Below are positions 57,791 to 64,000 of a DNA stretch of 64,000 bases, piece by piece. Made by a program: the position numbers and the translations under genes. Source of the DNA: the human T2T-CHM13v2.0 reference genome, Homo sapiens. Where the stretch lies: NCBI RefSeq assembly GCF_009914755.1, contig NC_060928.1, one strand, 5' to 3'. The notes under the pieces are model-generated. The model was not told the DNA's origin. It made no database searches and was given only the letters and a program-made list of their open reading frames with translations. How positions within the stretch are numbered: the stretch's first letter is position 1; each line of letters starts with the position of its first letter.

Positions 57791-59384
57791 TAGAACTGAA
57801 GAGGGAGGTTGGCAATACATCTGTCTTCTGACACCAAATTCACACTTTTTCCTAAATGCTGTGCTGCTCCTTATGGATGATATGTTGGTGGTGGGCTGGG
57901 GGTGCAGAATGGTTGTGTAGGGGGCTATTTGATATTTCTGTATGTGCCTTCCTATTCCTCTCTAAAAATACATAACACAGTATTGGAGCACAGAGCATAT
58001 GCTTGAAATTTCTTCTCTGTTGATGGGTGGAGTAGTTTAATCAGGGTGAAATTACCATAGTTCATCAGAACCAAGATCTCCAAATACTGTAAATTCATTT
58101 CAGCCAGACCCTAAGAATGAATCTGTGTCATGCATCAATTACAGGCATTAAAGAGAAACGACAGAGAGCCCTGATCAGGAGGAGTCTGAGGTTAGAAATC
58201 CTAAAAGAGGAATATTATTTTTTTTCCTTTGGCTATTAAGAAAAGCCTTAATTTCCCTGGGGAGAAAAGAAACAGCATTAAGAACTGAAAAAATTTAAAG
58301 TAATTAAATCTATTGGCAAGGTAGACATATCATCATTTGACTCCAATAAATAAATTCTGGGGGGATGGAGCCAAGATAGCCGAATAGGAACAGCTCCAGT
58401 CTACAGCTCCCAGCGTAAGCGATGCAGAAGACAGGTGATTTCTGCATTTCCAACTGAGGTACCGGGTTCATCTCACTGGGGAGCGCAGTGGGTGCAGGAC
58501 AGGGGGTGCAGTGCACTGGGCGTGAGCCGAAGCAGGGCGAGGAATCACTTCACCCAGGAAGTGCAAGGGGTCAGGGAATTCCCTTTCCTAGTCAAAGAAA
58601 GGGGTGACAGACAGCACCTGGAAAATTGGGTCACTCCCACCCTAACACTACGCTCTTCCAACAGGCTTAACAAATGGCACACCAGGAGATTATATCCCGC
58701 ACATGGCTCGGAGGGTCCTACGCCCACGGAGCCTCACTCATTGTTAGCACAGCAGTCTGAGATCAAACTGCAAGGCATCAGCGAGGCTGGGTGAGGGGCG
58801 CCCGCCATTGCTCAGGCTTGAGTAGGTAAACAAAGCGGCCGGGAAGCTTGAACTGGGTGGAGCCCACCACAGCTCAAGGAGGACTGCCTGCCTCTGTAGG
58901 CTCCACCTCTGGGGGCAGGGCACAGACAAACAAAAGACAGCAATAACCTCTGCAGTCTTAAATGTCCCTGTCTGACAGCTTTGAAGAGAGTAGTGTTTCT
59001 CCCAGCATGCAGCTTGAGATCTGAGAACGGGCAGACTGCCTCCTCAAGTGGGTCCCTGACCCCTGAGTAGCCTAACTGGGAGGCACCCCCCAGTAGGGGC
59101 GGACTGACACCTCACACGGCTGGGTACTCCTCTGAGACAAAACTTCCAGAGGAACGATCAGGCAGCAGCATTTGCGGTTCACCAATATCTGCTGTTCTGC
59201 AGCCACTGCTGCTGATACCCAGGCAAACAGGGTCTGGAGTGTACCTCCAGTAAACTCCAACAGACCTGCAGCTGAGGGTCCTGACTGTTAGAAGGAAAAC
59301 TAACAAACAGAAAGGACATCCACACCAAAAACCCATCTGTACGTCACCATCATCAAAGACCAAAGGTAGATAAAAACCACAAAG

Positions 59385-60401
59385 ATGCGGAAAAAACAGA
59401 GCAGAAAAACTGGAAACTCTAAAAATCAGAGTGCCTCTCCTCCTCCAAAGGAACGCAGCTCCTCACCAGCAACGGAACAAAGCTGGATGGAGAATGACTT
59501 TGACGAGTTGAGAGAGAAAGGCTTCAGAAGATCAAACTACTCTGAGCTAAAGGAGGAAGTTCAAACCAATGGCAAAGAAGTTAAAAACGTTGAAAAAAAA
59601 ATAGACGAATGGATAACTAGAATAACTAATGCACAGAAGTCCTTAAAGGACCTGATGGAACTGAAAACCACAGCACGAGAACTACGCGACGAACGCACAA
59701 GCCTCAGTAACCGATGCGATCAAGTGGAAGAAAGGGTATCAGCGATGGAAGATGAAATGAATGAAACGATGCGTGAAGAGAAGTTTAGAGAAAAAAGAAT
59801 AAAAAGAAACAAACAAAGCCTCCAAGAAATATGGGACTATGTGAAAAGACCAAATCTACGTCTCATTGGCGTACCTGAAAGTGACGGGGAGAATGGAACC
59901 AAGTTGGAAAACACTTTGCAGGATATTATCCAGGAGAACTTCCCCAATCCAGCAAGGCAGGCCAACATTCAAATTCAGGAAATACAGAGAATGCCACAAA
60001 GATACTCCTCGAGAAGAGCAACTCCAAGACACATAATTGTCAGATTCACCAAAGTTGAAATGAGGGAAAAAATGTTAAGGGCAGCCAGAAGGAAAGGTTG
60101 GGTTACCCACAAAAGGAAGCCCATCAGACTAACAGCTGATCTCTTGGCAGAAACTCTACAAGCCAGAAGAGAGTGGGGGCCAATATTCAACATTCTTAAA
60201 GAAAAGAATTTTCAACCCAGAATTTCATATCCAGCCAAACTAAGCTTCATAAGTGAAGGAGAAATAAAATACTTTACAGACAAGCAAATGCTGAGAGATT
60301 TTGTCACCACCAGGCCTGCCCTAAAAGAGCTCCTGAAGGAAGCACTAAACATGGAAAGGAACAACTGGTACCAGCCACTGCAAAAACATGCCAAATTGTA
60401 A
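59385..60401 (+). CDS. L1 ORF1p, uninterrupted 338 aa
   Basis: Full-length typical ORF1p (coiled coil, RRM, CTD; REEKFREKRIKRN, ARREW, YPAKLS); begins MRKKQ rather than MGKKQ. Confidence 0.92.
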   Translation: MRKKQSRKTGNSKNQSASPPPKERSSSPATEQSWMENDFDELREKGFRRSNYSELKEEVQTNGKEVKNVEKKIDEWITRITNAQKSLKDLMELKTTARELRDERTSLSNRCDQVEERVSAMEDEMNETMREEKFREKRIKRNKQSLQEIWDYVKRPNLRLIGVPESDGENGTKLENTLQDIIQENFPNPARQANIQIQEIQRMPQRYSSRRATPRHIIVRFTKVEMREKMLRAARRKGWVTHKRKPIRLTADLLAETLQARREWGPIFNILKEKNFQPRISYPAKLSFISEGEIKYFTDKQMLRDFVTTRPALKELLKEALNMERNNWYQPLQKHAKL

Positions 60402-60449
60402 AGACCATCAAGGCTAGGAAGAAACAGCATCAACTAACGAGCAAAATAA

Positions 60450-64000
<3,551 letters not shown>

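Overview
Primate, very probably human, genomic DNA; no prokaryotic features, CRISPR arrays or RNA genes were recognised. The window covers the 5' part of CCDC149 on the minus strand, identified from memory of its N-terminal peptide. A CpG-island promoter at about 32.4-33.2 kb carries a first coding exon (MEEEAMNGDRTESDWQGLVSE). About 17.9 kb further along the transcript lies an alternative start exon (14877-15003) whose 21 codons come largely from a (GAT/GAC)n microsatellite (MVVIVVVIIIIIARAATWDSE). The rest is intronic or upstream sequence dense in repeats: about 10 Alu/FLAM elements, many MaLR LTRs (including nested THE1-in-MLT1 insertions and an apparently two-LTR MLT1 provirus), L2/MIR/L1M fragments and Tigger3 MITEs. 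A 5'-complete L1PA starts at 58359 and runs off the window end, with intact ORF1 and broken ORF2. Almost all ORF-track entries are spurious. The main second-look items are the microsatellite-derived exon, a perfect 24-bp inverted repeat beside it, and the regulatory state of the L1. I found no convincing wholly new system. Repeat subfamily names come from recalled consensus sequences and boundaries are approximate unless TSDs are given.
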